From positions 2,790,001 to 2,854,000 of the forward strand of contig CATNEN010000033.1 of the NCBI GenBank assembly GCA_950097015.1: 64,000 nucleotides of DNA. Direction: 5' to 3'. This document shows, one piece after another, positions 22,301 through 34,879 of this stretch. The notes below the pieces were generated by a model. It made no database searches. It saw nothing but the letters and a program-made list of their open reading frames with translations, and was not told the DNA's origin. The position numbers and the translations under genes are program-made. The DNA comes from Macrostomum hystrix (lineage: Eukaryota > Animalia > Platyhelminthes). Every line of letters begins with the position of its first letter. Position 1 is the stretch's first letter.

Positions 22301-23904
22301 TTTGTGTCATTTTGTGCCATTTTGTGTCATTCTGCGCCATTTTTCATTAGCTTGACAAAGGACTTTGAATAAGTCGATTGTATCCATATAGAAATAAATC
22401 GAAAGCTCTTCAAGGCATATGATAATTCGTAAAATAGTTCCATTGTCTTTGAAATTCGCAGCGGAAGCAGGCAGCTCAGCAGAGCCTGTTGTCGAGTAAG
22501 TGGACGGCTTCTGGAAGCGCTGGCTCTGAAGCCTTGTATAGGCTTCTCTCTTTCATGCTTTTCGGGGCTGAGATAACACGAGTACATTAATTAGAGCATG
22601 GCGTGGCTGACACAATCCGCAGCCGGTTTGCATTAGGTCTAACAGTTTGGACTTTGCTAGTTTTGTGTTTCTATCATGCAAAAGTTGATTTTTATATATT
22701 TTTAAATCAAATTTACACTTACTGAACTTTATTTCTTTGGGTATTTTTCATCTTCGTTAATTTATTCTCGTAGCTGACTCTGAATACTGTTCGGCTTTTT
22801 TAACTTAGCCACAGAATTCCTGACTCTGAATGGCTTTAACTGACTTCTGGGTTGGATAATTTTTTTCTTCTGCGCTTCAATAACTGCTGCTTTTGGTAGA
22901 TTTTGCCATTACATTTTTTCTGATTGTTTTTATAACAATTTTCATTTGTCTGAAGCTCACACAATGCAATCTAATTATTCTGCGTAGATGGCAAGCTCAT
23001 GGCAAGTCTTGGAAATACGAAATCTAAAACAAAGCTTCAACACCTGTGACCCGCCACCTCAACCCCGCCACCTCAATGCCGCCACCTCAACCCCGCAACC
23101 TCAACCCCGCTACCTCAACCCCGCTACCTCAACCCCGCCACCTCAACCCCGCAACCTCAACCCCGCAACCTCAACCCCGCATCCTCAACCCCGCAACCTC
23201 AACCCCGCCACCTCAACCCCGCCACCTCAAACCCGCCACCTCAACCCCACCACCTCAACCCCGCAACCTCAACCCCGCTACCTCAACCCCGCTACCTCAA
23301 CCCCGCCACCTCAACCCCGCCACCTCAACCCCGCCACCTCAAACCCGCCACCTCAACCCCGCAACCTCAACCCCGCTACCTCAACCCCGCTACCTCAACC
23401 CCGCCACCTCAACCCCGCAACCTCAACCCTGCAACCTCAACCCCGCATCCTCAACCCCGCAACCTCAACCCCGCCACCTCAACCCCGCCACCTCAACCCC
23501 GCCACCTCAATGCCGCCACCTCAACCCCGCAACCTTAACCCCGCCACCTCAACCCCGCCACCTCAACCCCGCCGCCACCTCAACCCCGCCATTTCAAACC
23601 CGCCACCTGAACCCTTGCGTCGTCCCTTCTAGCTCAGCACCCAACCACCGTGCCGCCACACGCAGACAATCAGCGCTGCCGCCGGCAGCCCATAGCGGAC
23701 CGGATCAGCCGGCGGCGCAACTCTGAGGTGGCGGCGGACATTATCCGCATGTCGGCCGCGCATCGCAGGCGAGAATTCGCCGCACTAATCGACGAGCACC
23801 AAGCTATTGTTCGCGAGCTTGAGGGGGGTCAAAAGCCTCAGCAGCAGCAGCAGCAGCAGCAGCAGCGGCCAGACAAAGAGAACATTGGTCGTCCGAACCG
23901 TTAA
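16397..23904 (+). CDS. Orphan 5-exon gene: 16397-16514, 21253-21308, 21408-21435, 21898-22230, 23633-23904; 268 aa
   Basis: All four introns are GT-AG with matching phases (1,0,1,1). The protein runs MSEFLSNIRTRVSAVVNEMATAISPR..., through an acidic stretch EDGEAEEVEIDVADTEDD, to a C-terminal helix SEVAADIIRMSAAHRRREFAALIDEHQAIVRELE. Confidence 0.75.
16515..16905. repeat. 22-mer minisatellite ATGAGAAACCGAATGGGATTTT starting at the 5' splice site
   Basis: The first unit is the donor GTGAGAAACCGAATGGGATTTC. Units decay toward the 3' end. Confidence 0.95.
17515..18000. repeat. Compound microsatellite of alternating (ATTC)n and (AGTC)n blocks
   Basis: Read directly from the sequence. Confidence 0.98.
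18012..18855. repeat. 23/21-mer minisatellite CTAAACCATTCACAGACACAACT
   Basis: About 37 tandem units directly after the microsatellite. Confidence 0.97.
19510..20860. repeat. Pyrimidine-rich minisatellite of CCCATCTCT/CCACTCTCA-type subunits (~19-mer)
   Basis: Tandem units account for the SHPISP ORFs. Confidence 0.96.
22248..22345. repeat. 10-mer repeat TTTGTGCCAT just after the donor at 22231
   Basis: Read directly from the sequence. Confidence 0.9.
23050..23612. repeat. 14-mer minisatellite CCTCAACCCCGCCA
   Basis: About 40 units, ending ~20 nt before the acceptor at 23632. Confidence 0.96.
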
Positions 23905-24817
23905 GCTCCAATTGTTTTTTCGTCCCCTCAGTCGCGGACGCCCTCCTCAATGAACCAAACTGGCCAGTTTCCCTAGACCTGCGAAGAATGTTTAATCCCC
24001 AAATGTAGCCCTTCGCTTTGTCTGTTTGCTTCTCAAATTACTGTAACAAATGCGTGTTCAGCCTGTGGTTACACTTTTATGTTTGTCCGTCTTGCCCAGT
24101 GTTGTGCTCTTGCGACTGTAACACTTTCCTATCGCAGCCGGTACACAGACTGTGAATCAAGAAATGCTGCACCTATTGTTTTTCTGGTCCAGTGGAAATC
24201 GATTTCAAGCTCTGCTTTTTCTGTTATCGCTGTTGTTTTGTTACACTAGCTTTGCTCGCATGGCATAGCAGTGCTTCGCATATTTGCAATGTGTTTTCTA
24301 TGTAAAAAACAAAATGGCTTGTATATTTGGCCTAGAAAAATAACTCAGTTTCAGTTTGAGAGTTTAGCTATGTGGCACCCCTTATCTGCTAACACTGTGT
24401 GTTGTGTAATCAAACTGATCAAACAAGACTATGTCTGGCGATGGCTTGCGATGCAATTCAGAAATGCAATGTCTGTTTATTGACAGCAAAAATTCGAGGA
24501 AGATGTAAATTTTTGTTTAATTAGTTATTTTAATGTGGGTTGGAGCAAAAAGTCTAGTTATAATGACACACGTGTAGTTTTGAATTACCAGAAAATTTTG
24601 AGTCGGTTTCAGAATTTCCAATGCGATTGGGGCATCACGCAGACTGCTCGACATGAAGAATCAATTAGCTGTCAGGAATGGAAGTTGCGTTTCTGTGCCG
24701 TACACAGTTTCAGCTGGGGCAGGTGGGATTGCCGAACGACCGGAAATAGCGCTGATCCCCAACGAGTCTGAGCCGACCATGCCCATAGAAACTGCCTCTA
24801 ACATATTTATGCATTGA

Positions 24818-24831
24818 GTTGCCATGGTAAC
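24818..24831. promoter_or_regulatory. RFX X-box
   Basis: GTTGCCATGGTAAC, a near-palindromic 14-bp consensus match. Confidence 0.75.
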
Positions 24832-25979
24832 CGGCTCCGAAAATTCTGTAGTTCCCACCGTATTATATTTTTTTCTCGCTCGGATATTTGTCAAAATCTA
24901 AGAGATTCGCTAGTCCATTGTCTGGTATGTCAAGTTGTTTTCTATCATTGTTTATACCAAAGTTTTATATAAATGACGTCATTGGAAAATGACTCCATAG
25001 CAGCTGAACTATTTCATTTGTTAGCATAGGAAATATGCATAAAGAGTTTATCAAGGCATTCAGGTCACAAACCGAGTCATGAAATTCGTCCTGGCACACA
25101 AATACGTTATTGAATGATAGCGCGAGCTATCAATGCTGCTAAACTATTGTTGAGCCAATTAATCTATTAATATCATTGGCTTAGCGGGCAACCAGGCCTG
25201 CCTCAGGGGAAGCGTTGGAGAAGGAAGGCTTTGAAGGGAAGTCTGATTTGATTTTCTGCTCTGTGCGATAATTAAGATTAGAGAGGCTGAAAGAGAAATC
25301 GAGGAAAGTAGGCCGGCAAGACACTGGGCGCAGAGTCTGCGATGACGAAGCCAAAACGCTGCAGCAAAGGGAAGGATTCGAGAAATTCTCGCGGGTGCCG
25401 TCTGAGGACTTGGAGGGAAGAGGATAGAGAGACGCCCCGGAGCCATGCTCAGAGCGGGACTCTCCTTATTCAATTAGCCGCGGCACAAACTCATCGGGGT
25501 CCGTCCCTTCTTCTCCGGTGTGGGCGGGTATAGCACCTCCCCCCTCGCCGACTCGCTGCCAACCACACCCCGTCTGCCTGTCTCCAAGGGGAGTTTTTCC
25601 TTCTCATTTACTTTTTTTCCTGCCTAATTTTCCGCGGCTTCCAAGCCGGAGAGCCTCGGGGGTTCCGCGCCCGCCGGAGCCGGAGGTGGGCCGAGTTTGT
25701 GGGGCAGGGCAGCCATGTCGCACCCGCTGGCTCAGGGCGGAGACTTTTGATTAGCGCAGTCGGGCGTTTTTTCCTGCGCGAGTTTCATGCGCCTTTCAAA
25801 CCGGAGGAGGCAGGCAACTGAGTCTAAATGGAAAGTGAGAAAACACATCACCTAGCTGAGTAGAGAAGGAAATTGGTCCGAGAAACACAAACACCCCGCT
25901 GCGTCTGCCTCGTCAATGCCGTGTTGACAGAGGAAAACAGCGTCAGCAGTCAGCACTAATTAGATCTGAAATTAGTATG

Positions 25980-26211
<232 letters not shown>

Positions 26212-29200
26212 CGTACAGCACCGACAACTAGAAACAGCACCGACAGACAGAAATGGATGTCAACATGGATACATGGATAGAAGATGCAAAGAAGTCGGTA
26301 CAAACACTAGCAATTCGCTCACAAAGGGCCTTAAAAACCCGCGCCCCCCCCGCCAAGCCGAGCCGCGCCCATGCAGCCATGCTAAGCCCCATTTATCCTG
26401 CTGGCAAGCATATCATATGGTGTGCAATGAATCTCTTCGGTCGTGACACACTAATTTGGGGTTCAATCCAGGTGAGGGAGGCTGCACTGAACACGAACTC
26501 GCGTAGCTTGCGATCAAGCTTGAATCTGGGTCTCAAATTCTTTTTAGTACCCTAAAGCCTCGTACTGAAAGAACAAAAATGTAGCTAAATATTAGACACA
26601 CTAAACTCGACGAGCCATATTTGTGGTAATAATAGAATCTTTGCTGCTCATAGATTAAAATGCAATTCGTAAATGCCTTGATGCCTTTCTTCTGAGAAAA
26701 GCCAAGAGGCCTCCACTCGAGTCGGCAGTCGGAGTCATTCAGCCAGCTGCTCTTAAAACGCAGCTTTACGAAATCGCTCTCTCTTTACACATCTCATCCG
26801 GAAATTCAATGAATGCGCGATAGTGCATCTCAAACAATTTGTTAAAAAGTATACTAATGCACAGTTACATACAGGCAGGCAGACAAGGCGCTTTAAACCG
26901 AGGATCCCTTTTGATTTTTCTATATATACCGACGATAAAAAATGTCTTCCCGAGGAATATCTTTATTCAAAATAGGAAAATAATTGATTAAACTAATGCG
27001 CGTCTGCAAGACCTTTTAGTTCATCTAGTAGACCACGCATTATTCGGATATTATATTCGGATATTATAAATGCAATTCAAGCAAACCCAGGAGTCCAAAG
27101 CGTGATGCATATTGAACTTAGGTTAAATGTAAAACATATGCCATCGTGTATCCAAGAACTAAGGACTTCTAGTATAGCACTTCGTTAGCAGGGCGTGACA
27201 CACAATTCGAGGAATAATCGTTGAAGGCAGATTTTCGTCTGAAAATACACTATATATGGAAATATTAGACTATATTTTTGGCTTTCCAGGAAAGGTAAAA
27301 CTAATTCTTAAGAACATTAAACCTGAAATGCACTTTAACATTTCATTGCGATTATTACCAACAACAAAAGCATTTGTCATACTATTTTTAAGTGTTGTGT
27401 TCATGAAGTATCCTAATTTTTGTGACAGCAAGCACGTAATTTGCGTTTTGCGTTTGCTAAAAAAATCTCGCAGATTTGTTCTTTGGTAACGATCAATAGT
27501 ACACAGCAACATAGCTAGGCAACTAATCATACTTTACATACTTTAATCTTTGTCAAAGCCGTCAAAACATTGAAAAGTATATCAAAAAGTACTGGCAAAG
27601 TTATTCAAATATAAATGATAGCTCAAGAAGTACTTAAAAAAACATATATGTTCTTAGATTTACGTGCCTGATATCTACAAAATAAATTGATTATGCAAAG
27701 TAGATCTTTAAACTATTGTGGTATTATAAACGCGTTTGTAAAAATGTATAGTATGATCGTACTCTGTCAATGAAATCCACTGTAATATTAATGTAGACGA
27801 AACGTTATAGATCAAAGTATATTGGAGCATAAAGTTTTAATAAGGTAATTAATTAAATCTTTATTACTTTTTGTTTTCTGTAATTGTGCTTTTGACTTTG
27901 GTTGGACTATTAGATCTTTGAGGCACAGTGTATCAGGCAGCTCATTATCTGGTGCAAGAATATGGGAAATAGTGCGCCAAAAACGCACAGTTTTAAAATT
28001 GAAAGATGCAATTTTCTACGATTTCTAAATTTAGTGTATTAGAAGAAGATATTAAAATATCTAAATGTAATGTAACCTAAATACAAGATATACTTAGCAT
28101 GGAACACTAGGGATAAGGCAGCCATATATTTGAAACACTGGTGGCTGGCTAGCTACTCTTTTTTTCTTTGTACATCAGTACATTTGTAATACTTCTGATG
28201 GTTTAAATCTCAGGTGGTATTGTGTGCCACTTAGATCAAATTTTAATTTAATGTCTAATATGTAATTATGATATTTTTATCTACTGACTACTGTATACTT
28301 GTATGCAATATGTTTAGGGGCAATAATTGTTATAACTATTTATGTTTATAAACAATTTATATAAAGATCCACTGATATTCAAGAGCAGCATAGCAAAGCT
28401 TATAGCAATTAAGATGTAAAAATTAAAAATTAGTCAAGGTGTGTGACCTTATTTACACAGTACATATACCATGTAGATACAATACTGTGTATATGCTGTA
28501 CATGTTCAGGGTAAGGCATCTCCAAGTCCAAGTAACTATCCATAGAAAGATATAAAATATAGTGTCTAGAAATATGCATGGTCATGCTAGTGTTCCATGA
28601 TAAGTATATGGCTGCCATGCCCCTAGACATGGCCATTAAAAACTAGCTTAGTATTTTTACTTAGCTTGTTAGCTTTGGTCTATGTCTTAGACAGACAGAT
28701 GTTTTTAAACATCATACAGTTATTCTTGGTCATGGCCATATCAATATTATAATGGCAGTATGCAAGAAAAAATAGAATGCAGGTACAAGAAGAATTATAC
28801 CTATCCACTTTAGTGACAAACCATGTTGGTGACAGTGTATATATATATATTTACAATTTTTTAATTAGATATATCAGGGACATTTATAGGCAAATAAATT
28901 GTATAAACCAGTTCCAATTTATTTGAACAGACCCATAAAACATTGTCAATTTAGTGTATAAGGCAGTTCTTACTACATTAGATCTCAAAATGGCTACAAG
29001 GCAGACCAGACAACATAACAGCCACACAAGAGTCTTCTAACTGTACTATAAACAATTATCCCAAATAAAAACAAAATGAACCTATTGAGTTTGCTCTTTT
29101 TCTTGACACTTGCAAATCTTATATTGCTAAAATTAAATAAATAGGCTAGAGTATTTTTATATTCTTGTTGCACACATTCTTGCTGCAATTAATTGAATTA

Positions 29201-29637
29201 CTAAATTGCCTGGTTGCAAAAGTAAGACTTAAAATGTGAATGAGCATTATGGTAGATAGGTATAATTTCTGGGCCAAACTTGGTGAAATTATACTGAATT
29301 AAATAACCTATCTGCAAATGGTAGTTGTAAAGTGTAAATGAGCATTTTGGGTAAATGTAAATGAGCAAAAACAAAAAATGGAACAATAATTTAAACAAAA
29401 CTTTTTTCTACTGTTTTTGTTTCATTTTTTGTCTTTTTGTGTTTGTTATATATTCAGTTAAAATTACAATTATTTTTTTCATTAGCTTTTGCTTAATCAC
29501 AAGTGCAACCCTACTTAGGCATTTCACTTGGCTACAAGCTATTTATGATAACAGTATAAATAATGGTTTGGCTGGATACAATGTGCATGCACAAGATGTA
29601 CATTGTGCACTTCTACATTTATAATGGAGAATGTCTT

Positions 29638-30388
29638 GAGTATTGGTTAAATAGGGTGCATAACAGTTATGTCTAGAGTATTGATTAAATAAGGTGCATA
29701 ACAGTTATGTCTAGAGTATTGGTTAAATAGGGTGCATAACAGTTATGTCTAGAGTATTGGTTAAATAGGGTGCATAACAGTTATGTCTAGAGTATTGGTT
29801 AAATAGGGTGCATAACAGTTATGTCTAGAGTATTGGTTAAATAGGGTGCATAACAGTTATGTCTAGAGTATTGGTTAAATAGGGTGCATAACAGTTATGT
29901 CTAGAGTATTGGTTAAATAGGGTGCATAACAGTTATGTCTAGAGTATTGGTTAAATAGGGTGCATAACAGTTATGTCTAGAGTATTGGTTAAATAGGGTG
30001 CATAACAGTTATCTCTAGAGTATTGGTTAAATAGGCTGCATAACAGTTATGTCTAGAGTATTGGTTAAATAGGGTGCATAACAGTTATGTCTAGAGTATT
30101 GGTTAAATAGGGTGCATAACAGTTATGTCTAGAGTATTGGTTAAATAGGGTGCATAACAGTTATGTCTAGAGTATTGGTTAAATAGGGTGCATAACAGTT
30201 ATGTCTAGAGTATTGGTTAAATAGGGTGCATAACAGTTATGTCTAGAGTATTGGTTAAATAGGGTGCATAACAGTTATGTCTAGAGTATTGGTTAAATAG
30301 GGTGCATAACAGTTATCTCTAGAGTATTGGTTAAATAGGCTGCATAACAGTTATGTCTAGAGTATTGGTTAAATAGGGTGCATAACAG
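29638..30388. repeat. 38-mer minisatellite GAGTATTGGTTAAATAGGGTGCATAACAGTTATGTCTA
   Basis: About 20 highly homogeneous units. Confidence 0.98.
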
Positions 30389-30928
30389 AAAAAAATGTGT
30401 ATCTCTAACAGTTAAAATTAGCTTAATAGTATTCACAAAAATGCAGACTAATTCTTTTCACCCAAATAACATATTACCTTTTTACTAACTTATATTTTAT
30501 TATAAACAAAAATATTTGCCTTTGTATAGTATGTACCTATGCTAGTTTCATTTTATTGTTGTGTTTTAACTTGCAGTTATAAAAAAACAATTTTTTTCTT
30601 AGTTAGGCTTGGCTAGGTCTAGGCCCTTTTATTGCTGGTTTTAGTGGTTGTAATGTTAAAATAAAAGTGATTATTATAAAGACTTTGCTACAAAGAAAGA
30701 AACCACTTTGTCATGTGTTAGGGGGTTGAGTGGCAGTCAATCTCTTGCACAAAGGTCACTGAGCTTGATTCTGCAGTGAGGCCACATTTATTTTGAGTGA
30801 TAAATATGTAATGATATGATATCTTAATATGCTATGTAATCATGGAAAGCCTTTTTACTAGCTTGTAAATATAAAAAGTTAATTTTATATTTCATCACTA
30901 AAACTAGAAATGATATTTGCTGGGCTAC

Positions 30929-31107
30929 CTGACAGACTTGTACGTCTTTATTAGCCGTTGGTGTCCTCCTCTGTGGACCTGAATCCACGATATTTCAGGA
31001 GGCTGGCGCGCACTGCAGTTGCAGCCGAGAATCGGCCCATGCTGGACCATTCCGCAGCTCGCACGCCGCCTACAGAGACGGGCTATGCTGTGATAAAGGC
31101 TGGACAT
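30929..31107 (-). CDS. Candidate first coding exon head-to-head with MEPCE
   Basis: MSSLYHSIARLCRRRAS...HQRLIKTYKSV then AG|gtagcc. It is a GC-rich island in AT-rich surroundings. Downstream exons were not resolved. Confidence 0.3.
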
Positions 31108-31394
31108 GTGTTTGGTGGCGATTGTTGTCAAATCTGACTTCATCAGTCATCATCCAGTCAGCTGGCCTGGCTCGCTGCGTGCGGTCTGGTTAAGCAAGCT
31201 TTAAATTTCCTTAGGACTCTAAGAGTATGATTTCTAGCATTGACTGCGAGTCAGTGAAGGGAAAGAGTTAATAACCGCACTATACTACTTGAGAGGTCCT
31301 GTAAGTAGTGCACAGGGCGAGATTAAGACAAAAGGTTGAATTTGCAACTAATAAGCACACATTTTTTCACGTTCTAGAACGAAGATTAGCTGCT

Positions 31395-34300
31395 ATGGAG
31401 AAGTTCAAGTCCGGCCGAGGTCTGTTAGGAGCTCGGCATCATCAGCGCCGCAGCGGCGGCACCTTCAACACAGCGGCAGCCGGAGCAGCTGGTGCTGCCG
31501 GAGTTCGTCGCGCAACTCGCGGCGGCGGCAGGGTCGGCGGAGTCATCCGAGGCGGCGTGGGCCGCGGCAGAGCCAGGGGCCGCGGCTTCTCAGTTGCCGC
31601 TGCTGCTGCCGCTGCCGCTGCTGCTGCTTACCCAGCCTGGCCAAGCAACAACTCTGCTCGGGCTCGGTTTCCGCCCCACCGTCACCGAATTCAACAGCAT
31701 CAGCAGCAGGAGCAGCCGCAGCAGCAGTATCAACAGCAGGCTCAGCCTTATCATCCGCAGCAGCAGCTGATGCAGCAGCGCCAGCGGCAACGGCAGCAGC
31801 GCAGTCAGCAGCTGATTAGAAAGGTCTGGCAAATGCGACGGGGTCGGCACAGTGGCACCGGCGCTGGCGGATCCTCCAGCCAGCAGCAGCAGCAGCAGTT
31901 GCAAAGCTCTGATCCGCTCAATCTTCGCTGGGTGGCGGCCGAGAGTCAGCGGCGTCAGCTGGCTGGCTTGTCTCCGATGCCGGGCGACAGCGCGCTTGGC
32001 TCGCCCGTGCTGCCGGCCGAGGGCGAGGGCGAGGAGGAGTCCGGCGGCGATGTCGAAAGTGCAGGTAAGCCGCTGGTTTGATTGATTTCTACGCATTTAC
32101 TTTTTGCATCCTAAAGTAGTTAAAAACTATAATTTTGAGACCGAGGGGTGGTACAGCTTCCTTGAGATAAGGTTAATTTTAGCTTTATCTCGGCAAAGTA
32201 AATTTTAACCCGAGGTAATTTATCTTATTAAAAGTTGAAGTAAATTATAAACAAGCTTGATTGAACTCCCCTACAGTTTTAAGATACACTCTGATACCTA
32301 TTCTACTTACAACTGGGAACCTTATACCTGTCCTAGTCACCTGTTAGGAGGCTATTCCTGTCCTAGTCACCTGTTAGGAGGTTATTCCTGTCCTAGTCAC
32401 CTGTTAGGAGGCTATTCCTGTCCTAGTCACCTGTTAGGAGGTTATTCCTGTCCTAGTCACCTGTTAGGAGGCTATTCCTGTCCTAGTCACCTGTTAGGAG
32501 GTTATTCCTGTCCTAGTCACCTGCTGACTATTACAATAAAGCAACAATTTCCCCGCACAATTCCAGATGCTCATTCATCAGCGTCAGCATCCACTATTTC
32601 AGCGGCCGCTGTCGTTGCCGCCGCCGCAGCCGTCGTTGTGTCAGCGCCATCTGCGTCATCGTTGTCTTCAACAACCGTGACCGCTCCGGCAGCCAGTTTG
32701 ACAGTCGGTCCGCAGAAGCAGCAGCAGCAGCAGAGGTTCAAGCGTCCAGCAGGGGCCAGTTTCGGTGGCGGGGGCAGCGGCGGCCGGGCCTTCTTCCAGC
32801 CGATCTACGGCAATTATCGGGCCTACTATGGCAAACGGCTGCGCGCGGGCAATCTCAACATTGGCCGACTGCAGGACGACCGGCTAGAGCTGCTGCAGCC
32901 GGACTGGTATCTGGGGCGGGACGTGCTAGACATAGGCTGCAACGACGGCATTCTGTCGTTGAAAATTGCCGAAACTCTCGGCGTGAAATCCTTGACAGGC
33001 ATCGACATCGACGGCCACCTTGTTCAGCGGGCCCAGCGGAATCTGCGGCTGCGGGTGCGCGAGGCCGAGGCCGAGATGCGACTGAAGCTGTCCTTAGCCA
33101 GGGAGGGCTACCAGGTGAGGCGAGCGGCTAGGCTGAAAATGGGATGATTTGCCCTCTACCTGTACCTTTATCCCCACTGCCATGATCTGAGTCCGAAGTT
33201 TATTTTTAGAGACACACTTTGCCAAATCTCAAGCGCCAGTATTCCACCCTTATGCCATTTGTCTTTATCCCTATTGCCTTTATCCCTATTGCCTTTATCC
33301 CTATTGCCTTTATCCCTATTGCCTTTATCCCTATTGCCTTTATCCCTATTGCCTTTATCCCTATTGCCTTTATCCCTATTGCCTTTATCCCTATTGCCTT
33401 TATCCCTATTGCCTTTATCCCTATTGCCTTTATCCCTATTGCCTTTATCCCTATTGCCTTTATCCCTATTGCCTTTATCCCTATTGCCTTTATCCCTATT
33501 GCCTTTATCCCTATTGCCTTTATCCCTATTGCCTTTATCCCATCCTTATCCCAATTGTCTTTATCCCATCCTTATCCAAATTGCCTGTATCCCATACTTC
33601 CCATTTTCTATTGTTTCATCCTTATCCCATTTGCCATTATTTCACCCTTATCCCATTTGCCATTATCTCACCCTTATCCCATTTGCCATTATCTCACCCT
33701 TATCCCATTTGCCATTATCTCACCCTTATCCCATTTGCCATTATCTCACCCTTATCCCATTTGCCATTATCTCACCCTTATCCCATTTGCCATTATCTCA
33801 CCCTTATCCCATTTGCCATTATCTCACCCTTATTCCCTTCCTATTGTTCAACTTTCCGACTGTCTCTAATTTTCCCTTATCTGTTCGGCCTTCTCAAATA
33901 GCCCGAAATAGCCCTGATCCCATTGTGTTCCCACCCTTGCTGCAATTAGTCGCATTCCCCGTCACATGCAGGTGCAGCCGCTGCCAGAGCGCACGGGTTT
34001 TCCCTACAACGTGTTCTTCCAAACTGGCAACTACGTGTTAGACAGCGAGGAGCAGCTGGCCAAAGTTGAGGAGAACAAGTACGACATCATCCAGGCATTC
34101 AGCATCACCAAGTGGATCCACCTGAACTGGGGCGACCGCGGCCTCAAGCTGTTCTTTCGCCGGGCATTCCGCGAACTCCGGCCCGACGGCAAGCTGATCA
34201 TCGAGCCGCAGCCGTTTCAGACCTACAAGAAGAAGCTGCTATGCGCTGAGCACAAGCGCCACTACGCCTCCATCCAGCTGCGCCCTGAGCACTTCAGAGA

Positions 34301-34661
34301 CTACCTGGAAAGGGAGGTGGGCTTTGCTCACAGCCTGTCAATCTCTGAGCAGCAGCAGTATCACGGCTTCCAGCGACCTGTGCTCATGTGCACCAAGCCC
34401 ACGGGTCGGACGCCAGCCTTGCCGCCTGCCCCGGCGCCGCCGCCTTTGCCAGCCTCCCAACCCACAGCCTCGGCGTCTGCTGAAGCGTCTCAGCAGGCGT
34501 CCGTTGCCATGGCGGCGGTTAGTAGCGCAGCGGAGACGCCGGAGTCGATGCGCCTGGCTGCGGCCTCTCCGTTGGACCAGCTGAACGAAGCCGAGGACCC
34601 GTTCGGCGAGGCGGCGTCAGACGAGCCTAACTTCGATCTGGACGGGCCGAGAGCGGAATAG
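31395..34661 (+). CDS. MEPCE: 7SK snRNA methylphosphate capping enzyme (Bin3/MEPCE family), 3 exons: 31395-32064, 32567-33114, 33972-34661; ~635 aa
   Basis: YGNYRAYYGKR, DDRL, VLDIGCNDG (SAM motif I), GIDID, FPYNVFFQTGNYV, SITKWIHLNWGD.GL..FF and LIIEPQP are Bin3-domain hallmarks. Splice phases 1 and 0 are consistent. Confidence 0.93.
32325..32525. repeat. 30-mer minisatellite CCTGTCCTAGTCACCTGTTAGGAGG(C/T)TATT in MEPCE intron 1
   Basis: About 6.5 units, ending ~40 nt before the acceptor at 32566. Confidence 0.96.
33255..33835. repeat. MEPCE intron 2 arrays: 15-mer CTATTGCCTTTATCC, then 26-mer CCATTATCTCACCCTTATCCCATTTG
   Basis: Read directly from the sequence. Confidence 0.96.
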
Positions 34662-34879
34662 TAGCTTTCTCCTTATCTGGAACTAGCCATTTTTTAATAA
34701 GTTTTTTACATGTACTTTTTTGGGAAATTAATTCCTGCATATTTCTCTGCGATTCTTGCGCTTTTGTTTAAGAGGCCTCACTTTGAATTCTTGCATTCTA
34801 ACCAGATCCCATCGAAATGAAGTGGCCAGTCATTGAAAATCTTCATTTTTCGCTATTCTTTCCGAATTTTCAGATCGGA

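Noticed and set aside
22988-23726. Pro-rich mucin/extensin-like ORFs
   Set aside because: A 14-nt unit array within a phase-consistent intron.
27256-29624. Short ORFs in the AT-rich region
   Set aside because: No motifs, low-complexity AT-rich codons, and no consistent splice chain found.
33950-33971. Upstream acceptor at 33949 and an FPVTCR peptide resembling the MEPCE FPxS motif
   Set aside because: Wrong phase and frame relative to the flanking exons; the acceptor at 33971 fits.
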